This document shows positions 1-13,704 of a stretch of 64,000 nt of DNA, piece after piece; position 1 is the stretch's first letter, and each line of letters opens with the position of its first letter. The stretch is from the human T2T-CHM13v2.0 reference genome, Homo sapiens, in the NCBI RefSeq assembly GCF_009914755.1, contig NC_060931.1. One strand, given 5' to 3'. Under the pieces are notes generated by a model. It made no database searches. It saw only the letters and a list, made by a program, of their open reading frames with translations, and had not been told where the DNA came from. Both the position numbers and the translations under genes were made by a program.

Positions 1-398
1 AAAAAAAAAACAAAAAACAAAACTCATTAAGGAAAGAAATTTGTCTATAGCAGTAAAGCTGATGGATGTTCTTAAAATCCAAAGAATCTTTCCTGTTAGG
101 CCCGCTTGCCATTTCAAAGCTGGAAAAGGATTATATAAAGGTAAATGGGTATGTGTGTGTGTTGGGGAGGCAAGAACAGAGGGAGGAGGGGAAAAACATC
201 AGGTAGAGAGACAGAGCACTTGTGCAGATAAAGGAGTTTTCTTAATTGTTGTCTTAAAATGATGGCTATGGTTGAGGTAGGAAATAAGCAACACAGAGAA
301 CATACATGATATAATATGGTATGCATTCGTTGGGGTACATGATGCAAGCTGCTACAACAACCGCTAAATCTCAAGTAATGATTTCTTGCTTCTTCCTG

Positions 399-742
399 TG
401 TCTTTGTTTCGTGCTGCTATAACAGAACACCAAAGAATGAGTAATATATAATAAACAGAGTTTTATTGGTTTGTAGCCTAGTGGCTGGGAAGTCCCAGAT
501 CAAGGTGCCAGTATCTTATGTGGGACATCTTGTTCTGTCATCCCATAGTGGAAAGCAGAAGGGCCAACAAAAGTGAGAGCAAGAAAAAGAGAGAGCAGAA
601 GTGAGTGAGCCTACTCCTGATAACTGGCATTAGTCCACTTATGAGGGCAGAGCCCTCTTAAGGCCCCACCTCCCAATACCATCACAATGGCAATTAAATA
701 TCAGCATGAGTTTTAGAGGGGACAAACCTTCAAACCATTGCA
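399..742 (-). mobile_element. MaLR solo LTR (MLT1A/MST-like) inserted in an older MLT1
   Basis: TGTCTTTG...GCTGCTATAACAGAA start and CAAACCATTGCA end; flanks tcctg/gcctg resemble a 5-bp TSD. Confidence 0.75.
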
Positions 743-1085
743 GCCTGTCACAGACCAAGATAGTCATGGAAAAAAGGGGACTGCTTCATGCAGTCTTTCA
801 GGAACCCAAGCTCTTCCTGTCTTGCAATGCCACCATCTTCACTATGTGGTCCCAGGGTTAGTGTAAAGGGGGAAGAGAGATGTTAAAGGTTGTGCAGGAG
901 GTGGGAGGATTCTGGCAGACCTGGAAGTAGTATACACAACCTTCACTTGCATTTCTTTGGATAGAATTCAGACTCATAGCCCAAAATTAATTACAAAAGA
1001 AACTGGGAAATGTAGTCTTTCTGTATGCCCAGAGGGAAAATAAATTGTTTTTTTGATGAACATATGGCATTGTCTGTGACACATG
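743..1085 (-). mobile_element. Older MaLR LTR remnant (MLT1J/K-like); its other part lies at ~330-398
   Basis: Motifs caggaacccaagct...gccaccatctt and ctgggaaatgtagtcttt typical of old MLT1. Confidence 0.55.
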
Positions 1086-4000
1086 GTAGTACTTTCATCA
1101 AGCTAAAATTGACAGTGATAAGGGTCCTACATAACAAACAAGTGAGGTCTTGCCCTTGTTGGAACACTAGCTGCCTTGTTTTTAGCATTACTTAGGAGAG
1201 TTTGAATATTTGTGTCTCTCTGTGGCTTAAATGAAGAACCTTTTTAGGGTTTCAAATTTTCTGTGGAAGCTTCATTTGAAGTACATGGCATAGGTTCGAT
1301 ACTTCTTTCTGTTTTTTAACGTATTCCATGAAATAAAGAAAAAGAAAAACCTGACTTCTTCAAAGTCCTAACCCCTCCACATGAGTAAGGGAAAAAATGG
1401 AGGGGGAATCTGATGTGTGCTCACTTTGAAGAAGATGCTTTCTCCCAGCTCTGACTGTCAGAGTGGACTCAGCTCATTAAGTAGGCCAGGCAGGCGACCC
1501 ATTCTCCTCAGCCATCCGACGGTCCAAACAGGCAACCTTCCCAGTTAGAGGAGCCCTCTTTTTGGATTAAGGTTACATAGATGCTTACATTCCCAGCTAG
1601 AACTTCTAAAAAAGCCCCCATGGCATAGAAACTCGTATTTCAATGTTAGTATTGCTGTAGGAATACCTACATGCCCGTATTTATAAAGGAAAACTAAATC
1701 ACCAAAAAGTTCCAACACTTTATTTATAATATGCATGTTACATATATAGTAAAGCTATTTTATTTTTCCTTAAAGATCTATTTTATTAAGTGCCTACAGA
1801 CAATATATTAAGAAGGAGACTTAAGCTCAAAATGTAAAACCCACAATAAACAACTCAAGTACTGCATTTTTAAATCCTCATATTGCACGGCTAGTTGTCT
1901 CTAAGTTTTAAATGGTAGTTGCTAAAGCATACCATCAAGGATGACTTTTAGCAAAAATAACAGCTGGCTTTGAAATTAATTTGAAAATGAATATAATCTG
2001 TAACAGGTACATATACATGAGGTGAAGTAATTCCTGGCATCCTTCAACTGATACACTATCTTCAAGTTTAGGGCAAAGCATTTAGTATTCAGGAAAATTA
2101 CACATAAGATTATATTTTATGATTTTTTTTTCCCTGGGAGCATATGAACAAGCATTGCAAACATGCTATACACCTGTAAGACCAAGCATTATGGTAGGTA
2201 ACTAGGGAATATCCACAACACTAGAAAGAAATCTGCACAATGAATCAGGCAGAGAACAGCTGGTGAAGAAATCAGATGGAGAATGGGAGTAATCTGTGGA
2301 AGGTATTTGAGTTTGCTATAAACATTTTGCAAGCATTGGGTGAAGAAGCTAAGCCTCTGGGCCTCACAACCAAAGCCCAGGCTTGCCGCAGGCTACAGAA
2401 ACAGTTTTCAGAAAGTACCCAGCTCCTGACAAAGAGTGACCATTTAAACAGTATGTGGAGAATGTTGTTAATTCTGACTCCAGGGTTGTTTTTGAGTCAC
2501 CCACAGGGCATCAGTCTTTGTAAGTATTGGCCCCAGGTTTCTAGAGAGTTTGACCTCTTGGGTGCCCTGTATTTCCACTGTTAAAACAAGTGCATTGCTA
2601 GAGAAAGAAAGGGTATTTCTTTTAAGTATTAAGTAAGTGCTGAGCAGGAAAGAGCTTTTTGCCTATCCCTTGAGGCACAAAATAAGAGCACTGTGGTGAG
2701 TAACTGAGAACTTGGCCAAGAAAATAAATCTGTTTAAGGTTTGGAAAACTGGGTGCAAGTTTGCTTTCTTTCACCTCCAAATCCACTAGATTTTTCTATC
2801 TTCATTTTCTTTTGGTGCTTTGTGCTTCAATTTTTTTGTGGTATGCATAGTTAACATCCTGACGAATGAAAAGGAATCCTCTGTCATACAAACAAAGGAA
2901 GAAGCTCAGTGTACTTAGGCCACAGCATAAAGGAGGGGCAGGGAGGGAAAGAGAAGCATAGGAAAGAAAAACACAAAAACACAAATACTGGAGCAAACTC
3001 AGACCGCTGGGTCAAATGAAAACCCATAGTGCAAATGGCAAAGGATCAAAGGTGATAGGGTGTGTTGCTGGGGAAGGTGCTGCCCCTGCTCTGATACATT
3101 CCACAGTGGAGAGAGTCCACTGGAATCGGGCACCTGCTGCTTTAAGAGCAGAGTCTCAGAGAAGGGGAGAGAAGCCTTCTATGGAGTAGGGAGAAGAGAG
3201 GGAGCAAAGAGGCTGCTGGGGTCAGAAGCAAGGGACAAACAGAGCTGCTGCGTTTTAGAGGCTGAAGTGTCATTTCCCTGCTCACCAGCTCCAATCTGCT
3301 TCTGATTTGGGGCTCCCTGTCTGTTCTCAAGTCAACTGAAATGTGAAAAGCTCTTAATTCCAGCGAAAGGTTAGACAAAGGAAGCTTGGCTCTGTTACTA
3401 ACCACGAGGCTCATTTCTCCTCCGGGGCGTGTCCAGGCCTGGAGCTTCGGGCCTGATCCTCTCCTTGTCTTTGTGGCCAGGATACTTGATCTGCAACTCG
3501 TTTGCCCATTCTCAGGGGAGTCTTTACCATCCAGCTCTCCTTTGGTCTTAAGCAAGGCTGGCAAAGGGAAAAAGCCACAAGAACTTAAACTTCACAAAAG
3601 CAACAATAACAAAACTCCCCCACACCATGGAAACCATCCAGCCACAGAGAGGCCAGCGTGTCTCTTGGTGGGGTTGCTTTGATACTGCCAGCACAGAAGT
3701 TGCCCGTCTGTCACAGATGGGTATCAGAGTCTTGAAAACCAATCCTGTCCTCTAGCCTAAGCTCTGCAATGACAGTGGTCAAGCTGCTACTTCAAAATCC
3801 ATGCCTGGATTCTTATGTGGAATGTGCCCTCTGTCTACCTGCATTTCTTTAGAGCTTAAATCCAAACATTGCCTGTTCGGTGAAGGCTCTGAAATAAAAA
3901 TAAAAGAGGTAATTGGAACATGAGAGGATAGAACAGTAACAGTAACCAGCAAGCATAGCTCCTATGTTCAGTTTTACTTTGCTTGCAGAAGTGAATATGC

Positions 4001-4379
4001 TCATCAGTTCATGAGTCAAGTGGGGCTGCCCCAGGGTCAGAACCTCTATCCCCAACCCATGGGAGGGCTCCTATCAGGGAAGGGGAGCAAGCATGTTCCA
4101 GTTGGGGGCTATAGGGCACATGGTCTTTCTTGTCCTGAGGGTCTGTGAAGCTAGCATTTAATATTGTCACAACATTGAATGATCCTCTCCTTTCTCTCCA
4201 ATAGCTTTGCAGTTAAGGAATGAAAAAGAGCAGGGGATGGAGAAAAGGCATCTGGAGAGCTGGCATATTGGGGCTTCCAAAGCACCTTCATGTTGCTCTC
4301 TCTGCAAAGATTTTGTTTCCTCCTCCTATTACCGTTATATTCTAAACTGTGTCTGACTTGCTACAGTAAAAAAAAAAAA

Positions 4380-4560
4380 AAAAAACTCAAGAACACAATG
4401 TTGAATTAAAAAAAGATACAAAAGAATACAAAAATTTACCCTTTACATTAATTTGAAAAACATACAAAATTGTACTGTGCATTGTTATGGAGATACCTTT
4501 ATGCAGTAAGAGCTAGAAAATGCATGGGAAAGACTGACCTCAATATCATCATAATGGTAA
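4380..4560 (+). mobile_element. Old L1M (L1ME-like) 3' fragment, resuming at ~5254-5360
   Basis: ctcaagaacacaatgttgaa...aagaataca and the tail tgttttgaaatatttcataat. Confidence 0.5.
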
Positions 4561-4733
4561 AGACCACCTCCAGCGGCGCCACAGTTCCTGACCTTCACTG
4601 AGAACTTCCCACACACCAGGCACTGTTCTCATTGCTCACTAAAGCCTCCTGGAGAAGGAAAAAGAAGCGGTTTGGACCGCATGACTTTAGCGGTTTGGGG
4701 GCATGACTTTAGTTGTCTTTGAAATGAATATAG

Positions 4734-5253
4734 TGAGATGGGAGACCAGCAGGACTTATATTCCGAGCACCGATCATGACCCTACTAATCAAAGCAGGAT
4801 GCAGCAAAGACACCAGCCGAAACCAGCGGATAGCAACAAAAGTGACCCTCTTGCCCTCACTGCTAATAAGCATAAAGACAGTCCCACCAGTGCCATGACA
4901 GTTTACAAATGCCATGGCAACAACCCAGAAGTTTCCTTATATGGTTCCAGGAACTCCCCCACCCCTTTTCTAGAAAATTCTGAATAACCTACTCCTTAAA
5001 TAGCATATAACGAAGACTGTGTATAAATATAGCTAGCCAGCAATCCATAAGGACTGCTGCTGCTGCTGCTGCTGCTGCTCTGGGCAGCTCTGCCTATGAA
5101 AGAACCCTGCTCTGGGGAGCAGCCACTTTGCCATACACTGTTGCTCTAATAAACTTGCCTTCTTTCATTGCCAGCTCATTCTTCAGTTCTTTCCTGAGCA
5201 AAGTCAAGAACCCTCCTGGGCTGAGCCCCAATTTTGGGATTTGCCTGCCATCA
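4734..5253 (+). mobile_element. MER41-family ERV1 solo LTR (MER41C/E-like)
   Basis: TG...CA termini, 4-bp flanks atag/attg, MER41 core cccaccagtgccatgacagtttacaaatgccatggcaac, TATAAA, AATAAACTTGC and aagaaccctcc end. Confidence 0.85.
5054..5077 (+). repeat. (CTG)8 trinucleotide repeat inside the LTR
   Basis: Eight perfect CTG units. Confidence 0.95.
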
Positions 5254-5569
5254 ATTGCAAAGTGGCAAAATGTTCACAAGTTAGAAATCTGGGTGGAGTG
5301 TCAGTTATTTTATTTTCAGTATTCAGCATGTTTTGAAATATTTCATAATTATTTTAATAAAAAGAAAAACAAAAGCAGTAACAAAAAAAAGGACACAAAG
5401 AATTTTTGTAAGAAAGGGCCTCTTTTGTCATGTCACTTTCCATGCATGGAGTGGCATCTCCTTCCTCAGACCTCTAAAATGCTGTGCAGTGTCATGGTGG
5501 GTTCTCCTCCCTTTCCTCCATTCCTACTCCACAGATGACCATGTCCGGCCCTGTGCTTTCACCCATATC

Positions 5570-6500
5570 ACTCTGTGGAGGCCTCCCCAGTGTCTCTCTC
5601 TAGGCCTGCACCCTTCCCTAGCTCCAGGGCCTGCATCACATTTCCACACAGACACCAAAAGCATATAGAAAACTCAATTCATGTAGCATGTGGCAAACTC
5701 AATCCAAAATAGAATGCTGACTTTCCTTCAAAAACCATTTCTCCCCCAGTATTCTCCCATTGCAGTAACTAGCATCATCTTTAGAGTAAAAAGGACAACA
5801 ATTTGATTCTTTCTCTGCTTCCTTCTTTCTCCCACATTCCACCACCACGTCATGAGCACACCCAATTGGCTCTACTTCACCACACACACATTGAGTCAGA
5901 ATACATCTGTGTCCCCAACTGCCACCACCCCAGGCCCAGAGCCTCATCTCAGGTCTGCTCTGCTGACCACAGTCACCTCCCAGTGCTTGCCTGCCTTCAC
6001 CCTTGGGCTACCAGTTTCTTCTCCATGTGGCTTTTCACAATGTAAACTCCTTCACTCAAGACCTTCCAAGGGCTTGAGTACCTAGAAGTTAGGAGAAAGT
6101 CCTTCCAGCGGTTTGCAGAGCACATATCAACAGACCATTGGTCCTGCCCTCCCCTGTCCATGCCCCGTGCCCATACTTTTTGCTCCCTGCACTAGTCATG
6201 AAGACCCCTGAGGACCTCCTTGCAATGTCTCAATCAGGCCCTAGCAGACCCTGACAGCCTGGCCTTTACTCTGATTATTCCCTCTTCTTAGATGCCTCTT
6301 TCTGGATATTTCTGTGGCTCACTCCCACTCCTCACTGAGGTCTCTGCTCAAATCTCATCTATTCAGAGAAACTTCCCTGATCACTCCATCTAACAGAACA
6401 GGCCTGCCTTGATTATTTCTCCTTGGCTGGATTCATGTTTCTAAGGTGGCGCCAGGCCTATAGTAGGCACTCAACACACATTTGTCAAAACAGTGAATGA
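5570..6500 (+). mobile_element. L2 LINE 3' portion
   Basis: L2-type pyrimidine-rich body ending ccaggcctatagtaggcactcaac...gtgaatga. Confidence 0.7.
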
Positions 6501-6759
6501 TAATTATTGACCAGCTCATTGCAGCCATTCACACATATGTTGATTCATTGCTACCAGCAAAAGTCCTCAGAGGACAGCACAGAAGACAGTAACTCGGAGA
6601 GTGTGCCCAGCCCCTCCATGGGGTTGATTCTGAGACTAGAATTCAAATCCACTTATTTTTACTCTAATCTTTCCCCTGTACCACCTTGCATCTCTCAAAG
6701 GAGGAAAGTAAGAAAAAGCAACATTCAACTGTCTGGTAAATGCTGCTGAAGATTGTAAT

Positions 6760-6940
6760 AATCACATTTACACAATTTGATCTTCACAAACACCCTGAGA
6801 AGTAATGTCGTCTCAATTTTGGAGATGAGAAAGCTGAACCTTCTAAGAGGTTAAGTATTTAGCTTAAGATCATCATTTTTAATAAGAAACAGAATGTACC
6901 CCAGGCCTGCCTCATGCCACGGCCTGTGCTTTCTTAATGA
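6760..6940 (-). mobile_element. MIR SINE
   Basis: MIR core attttggagatgagaaagctgaa...aggttaagt. Confidence 0.6.
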
Positions 6941-7994
6941 CATTCATCCTGCCTAAAAGTTGCATTTTAGATTCCCGTAAAAAGCCTGTGTCCTATCAAC
7001 AGTGTAGGCTCACCCAATGTTTGCTGTCTGGTGATGATTCCAACTCTGTCTTCTTCCCTCTCCTGCCCCCCTCCCTCTACTGCTGGGACTGTTCCCCAGC
7101 ACTTTCACCTTCTCCTCATTGCTTACACCTGCTGTGGCCTCAGAGGAGCAATAGCCTTCATGGGCCACCCAGAAGTTGGATATAAGAAAACAGGTTAGGT
7201 TGGAGAGAGTGAGAGGGAGAACAGCCAGTGCTGGAAGACAGGCAGTGCCCAACTTTCAAATGGGTTTGTTTGCTAGAATTTCTTTGGAGGGCTGTCATAC
7301 GAAACTTCAAACACATTTCCCCATAGAAACAATATTATCAATGATGGTTAGGGTCTTGCAGTCATCCTTGAAGCCCTATATAATGCAGATGTTTAACCAA
7401 GATGCTACTAAATACTCCCAGAATTATTGAATCTCATTAGCAAGTCAGCATCAGTCACATGGATTCTGTGGGAAAATATAACCTTGAGTTCCGACTGTGA
7501 ACACTAAGAACACTTCTGTTTACATGTTACACCTCTAGATCCTATCTCTGTGTGATACTCTTCTTACTATTCACCCCAACCCCAGCCTGAATTCAGCAGG
7601 GCTGGCTATAGGCCTGTAGTGTGATGAAGGCTACCAGGCATATTAAGGAGGAAGAGAGTACAGGCTCACACACTGGCAGGACAGCCTAGAGGGGGCTCCA
7701 GGGACTCCCAGAGGAGGAGTCTTCTGGCAGGACAATAGCCTATGTTTAGAACACTTATATAGTAGTAACTCCAGTTTCAGGGCAACAGCACATGTTGGGG
7801 GGTCTTGGGTGTTGTGGTACAGTAACTTAAGTGTGCAGGGGAATGAAAGAAAGTGAGCAGTATGGAGCCTGTCTCCATTCACAAGGGGCCGTGCATGCAA
7901 ATGTGTGGCTGTCCCTGTGTGCGTCCGGGTATCTCTGGAGAGCACTCATGAGATAGGTGGTGACACAGAGTCCTGAAAAGTAACCCAGAGCAGG

Positions 7995-8165
7995 CATCCA
8001 ACAGTTCTGGTTCTTGCTCCGCTTCCTTATTTGGGGGATTCTAGGCAACATGAAACCTCTCAGGGCCTTATTTTCCTTTAATGTTAAGTGGGAAAAATAA
8101 TTATCCTCCATCCTACAGGGTCATTGTGAGTATCATCTAATATCATATTGTTGTGAAAACACTGT
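7995..8165 (+). mobile_element. MIR SINE
   Basis: aacctctcagggccttattttcct...cctacagggtcattgtgag. Confidence 0.55.
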
Positions 8166-8400
8166 GTCCCATTTAATGTTGTGGTAGTATTAATATTATA
8201 CCAAGAATTACGTAATAGGACACATGTTCTCCCAAACTTTATATTTTTTAGTGTTCTGCACCAAACAGTTAAGAGAAGGATAGCTATAATGGTTCATACA
8301 TCCACTCTGGGTTTTCTGTTTGGTTGGTTTTTTGTTTTCCAGGGTTTTTTTTGTTTTTTTTTTTTCCCGGATGTGAGCACTCCTAGCCACAAAGAATTAG

Positions 8401-8764
<364 letters not shown>

Positions 8765-10803
8765 TCTTCCACTCCTACTTCTATTCTGCATGCTGCCATC
8801 CCCTCGGTCCATAGACCTCTGCTCGGGCCATCATCCCTTGACAGGTCTGCATATTTTACCTCTAGATTTTTTTTTTCAGCAGTCCATTTTTTCTTGGTTG
8901 TCCCACTGGAAAGGAATCTGATCAGTACTGTTTTTAAACATTGCAATAATAGTCAGATAGATCCCATTGTAGTTGAAGATTACTGGAAGAAAAAAAGAAT
9001 CCAAACTCCACATGTAGGAATGTTGATCTGAGATGGGTTGTTTTCCAAGACCCATCTTAACAAGAAACATTAACAACCCAAGGAAGTTTCCCTGCTTGGA
9101 AAGTTTTTTCCCTTTTTTTCTACCTGCTGAATTATTTCTCCCATTTGTGATGTAAAGTTCCTTACGTGGAAAGTAAACATTGACTTAACTGACTCCTGTT
9201 AAATGACTCTTTTCTGTAGGAGAAGCCAGCCTATTTAGTGCCTTGCCATTTCAACATGTGTTCATACACTTATTAGTTAATTTGCCAGATTCCCTGTTTT
9301 AAAGTCCCAGGCTGCATTGTATCTTTTGAAAATTGAAGTCATGTACACAAACCACTTTCAAGTTAGGAGAGACATTAAAAATAATTAGGTCCTGCAATAT
9401 TTCTCTAGAACCATTCCTTTCAGGATCTTGGCACGTGCTACATCATTAATGCATAGCCACCTGCTTTGGGATCAGGTGCTGCAAATTTTCCTCTATTTGT
9501 TTCTGGACTGAATGAGTCAGTGAGAGACTTGGTTCTAAAACATCCCAGCTGGACAGTGGTGAAGGCAGCATTTAGAACAGAGAGTTCTCCTCTCCCACAG
9601 CAAGTTCAAAGAGTTTTGTACAAGAAGTGCATTTGGTGACGGACTGTGGTAAATACCAAACTCATTAGGATTCAATTAAGTAGGACCCTACCCTTTATTA
9701 TTGTTTGAAAATCAATAGAACCATTAGAAATTGTTTTCAGCATTGTTTTAACGTGAAATGCTAGAGTTGCCCACTGTGGGGTGCCAATACTTCAAGTGCA
9801 TCATCCCTTCTCCAGGGTTGGTGAGTTCTCTTCTGTGCTGTAAAAACCTCCCTAGTCATCTTAAACAAAAAATCTCAGTTCTGCTTTTTTAACTTTCTGG
9901 GAAAGGTGAAGCGTATTGCAGGAGATTCAATAAAAGCTGGGTGACTAGGTATGTCTTTGTGGGCAAAATGGAGAAGCATGGACTGGACAGCTAAATAGTT
10001 GAACTGACTTGTGAATGGTTGGGTCCAAACTGTGATGATTCTTAGGCTGGGGGGTGGGTGGGGAGTAGAGTTTCCCAAAGACATACGCTTGGACCCCATT
10101 ATTAACACTTTTAATAGTTACATGGAGAAAGATGTTGGAGGCCACGCTTTTGCATCTGATATAAAATCAGGGTTAATGATTTTTCCACCAGAAGTATTCA
10201 AAAGTAGACTGGTTATAAATAGGACACACAACGTTTCAATTAGATGGAGCAATGGGCCACATTAACCAGATTGCAGGGTTTTATTTAACTAAAAACTAAT
10301 TGCAAATAAATTTATTGGTGGGGTTACTAAAAGTCAACTTGTGATTTTAGTCTGTAAAAGTAGATGCATAATATCTAGACTAAGGAAAAAGATAAACCTC
10401 CTATATTCTGCGCACCTGGAACATGGCACTTAATTTTGGCACAAGTTATTTGACTAGAGATATAGATAAATTGGAACCCAGACTGGAATTCAGCAGTAAG
10501 CAGCCAGAATGATGAAAGACTTATAGCTATAGAACAGTTTCAAATAAAAGAAATGTTTCTTTTAACCGGCAAAAGAATGAAGAAAATAAAAATTATTTGC
10601 CATGGCTGTTTAGACATCAGTAACAAGAAAGATTCAAGCCTGTAACAAGTGTTTTGACAGGATAGTATTCGGGGTCTTCTCCACCCTGCTCTTCTAGGAG
10701 GCTATGGATATGAATCCATCGATGTGTCATTTGTAAAATGGTGTCCTTTTTAAATTAAAAAAAAAAATTGGGACTTTTTAGTGTTTTCATTCATTATATA
10801 GAT

Positions 10804-10995
10804 TGGAGCTGTCCAATGCTTTATTGAGATGATAGAAATGTCTTTCTTTACTGTCCAATATGATAGCCGCTAGCCACATGTGGCTGTCAAGCCTTGGAAA
10901 TGTGCTAGTCCAACTGAGGAACTGAATTTTAGTTTTATTTAAGTTTAATTCAAACACCCACATGAGGCTGGTGGCTCTGGACCAGGACAATGCAG
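10804..10995. mobile_element. MER3-like hAT-Charlie DNA transposon
   Basis: gctgtccaat...tagccacatgtggct...actgaggaactgaatttt...ggacaatgcag. Confidence 0.75.
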
Positions 10996-11519
10996 TTCAA
11001 GACACTGCCTTCCTCTTCCATTTCACCTTACTGACAGCTTGGAATTTGGTCTTTTGTCTCTTTGAGATTCACCTGAAAACATAAAAGCATAAGAACAACA
11101 GAATTAAAATCTAATTTCCAAAGAACTAGATGTGGACTGTTTTTTGTTTGTTTTAGATTCCTTCCAGGTATATCCTAAATTTTATGCCCAAATTCTTCAA
11201 ATTTCTTCTTACCTATGATGGCTCCTACAAGCACTTTCCCCTATTTCTTACATGTTGAAATATTGACTACAGAAATTAAGTTCTGCTAGTGCTCTCCTTC
11301 TGGCAATACCTACATTCCATTCTATGCCAATCTCCAGAAACTGTTTTCTGTAAAGGATCTACATAAAACCTGATTTGTATGACACAGCAGGCAATCTCCC
11401 AAGGCTTACAAACAATTTGGAAGAACGTATTTGATGGCTTTATTGTATATTCTTACTTTGTTTCAAAGCTTTTAAAAACATAAACATATTTATGGATTTG
11501 AAGTAAAGTTTAGTTTTAG

Positions 11520-11988
<469 letters not shown>

Positions 11989-13370
11989 ATATTTTTCATT
12001 TTCTTGAAATGGGATGTTAGATACAAAATGAAAAGCATTAATCAGATGTAAGGTTTTGCTTTTGTTTTTGTTGTCTTTTCATAGCTTTTAAAACCTTTTT
12101 ATTTTGACATATTTGTAGATTTACATGGAGTTGTAAGAAATTATCTGTTCACTTGATTTGCTTCAGTGGTAACACCTTGCGTAACTATATCAGACAGGAA
12201 ACTGTCAGTGATACAGTTGACTGACCATATGCAGATTTTACCAGTTTTATGCGACTCATTGTGTGGTGAGCGTGTGTGTTTAGTACTATGGAATTTTATC
12301 ATACACGTAGATCCTTGTGAATATACCCGTGATCAATGTATAGAACGATTCCATCACAAGGATCCCTCATTCTGCCCTTTTAGAGGGACCACCACTTCCC
12401 TCTCTCCCTCCTTCTATAATTCCTGTCAACCACTAATTGTTCTTCATCTCTATAATTTTCTTATTTCAAGAATGTTGTATAAATTGATTTATACTGCACG
12501 TAACTTCTTTATTTTGGCTTTTTTCACTTAGCATAATTTCCTTGAGATTCATCCAAGTTGTTGCTTGTGTCAATAGTTCATTCCTTTCATTGCTGGATAG
12601 TATTCTTTGATATAGAATACAACACCTTTGTTTAACTGTTCACCTACTGAAAGATATTTGTTTCCAGATTTTGCATTACATATGAACATTCATGAGCAGA
12701 TTTCTGAGTAAATTCAAGTTTTTATTTCTCGGGGATACATGTTTAGGTGTACAGTTGCTATATCGTATAGTCAATGCCTGTATATTTTTGAAAGGAATTG
12801 TCGTACTCTTTTCCAGAGTGACTAGAAAAATTTTATATCCCCAACAGCAATGTATGAGTGATCCAATTTCTCTGCATCATCATCAGCATATGGTGCTATC
12901 AATATTCCTTATTTTAGTCATTCTGTAGATGTGTTTCAACAGCTAATTGTGATTTTTATTATAATTCCTGAATGGCTAATATTGAACGTCTTTATATATG
13001 CTTTTAGCCACCTCCATATTATCTCAGTGAAATGTCTGTTCATGTTTTTTGCTCATTTTCTAACTGGCTTTTAAAAATTTTTACTCGAGTTTTGAGAAAT
13101 ATATAAATTCTAGGTACTAGTTCTTTGTTAGCTATGTGGTCTGCAAATATTTTCTTCAAATTTGTAGCTTGTCTCTTCATCTCCTTAACATGATCTTTCA
13201 CAGAACAAATAGTTTCCATTCTGATGAGGTCCAATTTATCAATTTTCATTTTAGATTTTGCTTTTGGTATCAAGTCTAAGAATTCTTCACCTAGTCTTAG
13301 ATAAAGATTTTTCTCCTATGTTTTTATTCTAAGCATTTTACACTTTTAATTCTGTGACCATTTTGAGTTA

Positions 13371-13704
13371 TTTTATTATTATTATTATTTTTGAGACAGA
13401 GTTTTGCTCTTTCACCCAGGCTGGAGTGCAATGGCACAATCTCAGCTTACTGCAACCTCTGCCTCCTGGTTGAGCGATTGAACCCAGGTTGCCTCCTGGG
13501 TTCAAGCGATTCTCATGCCTCCTCCTCCCGAGTAGCTGAAATTACAGGCACCCACCACCATGCCTGGCTAATTTTTGTATTTTTAGTAAAGGTGGGGTTT
13601 CACCATGTTGGCCAGGCTGGTCCCGACCTCCTGACCTCAGGAGATCCACCCGCCTTGGCCTCCCAAAGTGCTGGGATTACAAGCGTGAGCCACCAGGCCT
13701 GGCC
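13371..13704 (-). mobile_element. AluS (Sx/Sq-like) with a 30-bp internal rearrangement
   Basis: Dimeric Alu, (TTA)n tail, TSD attttgagtta on both sides. Confidence 0.92.

Noticed and set aside
3060-3742. Cluster of overlapping 64-140 aa ORFs
   Set aside because: No recognisable domain or splice structure; explained by locally higher GC.
5054-5077. (CTG)8 as a pathogenic expansion locus
   Set aside because: Short, within an LTR, and well below unstable lengths.
7508-7524. AGAACA-N4-TGTTTAC as an AR/FOXA1 composite site
   Set aside because: Half-site orientation differs from the composite as I recall it, and short motifs are frequent by chance.
13040-13273. ORF with L1 ORF2 similarity
   Set aside because: Fragment of a dead, frameshifted L1; not a functional gene.
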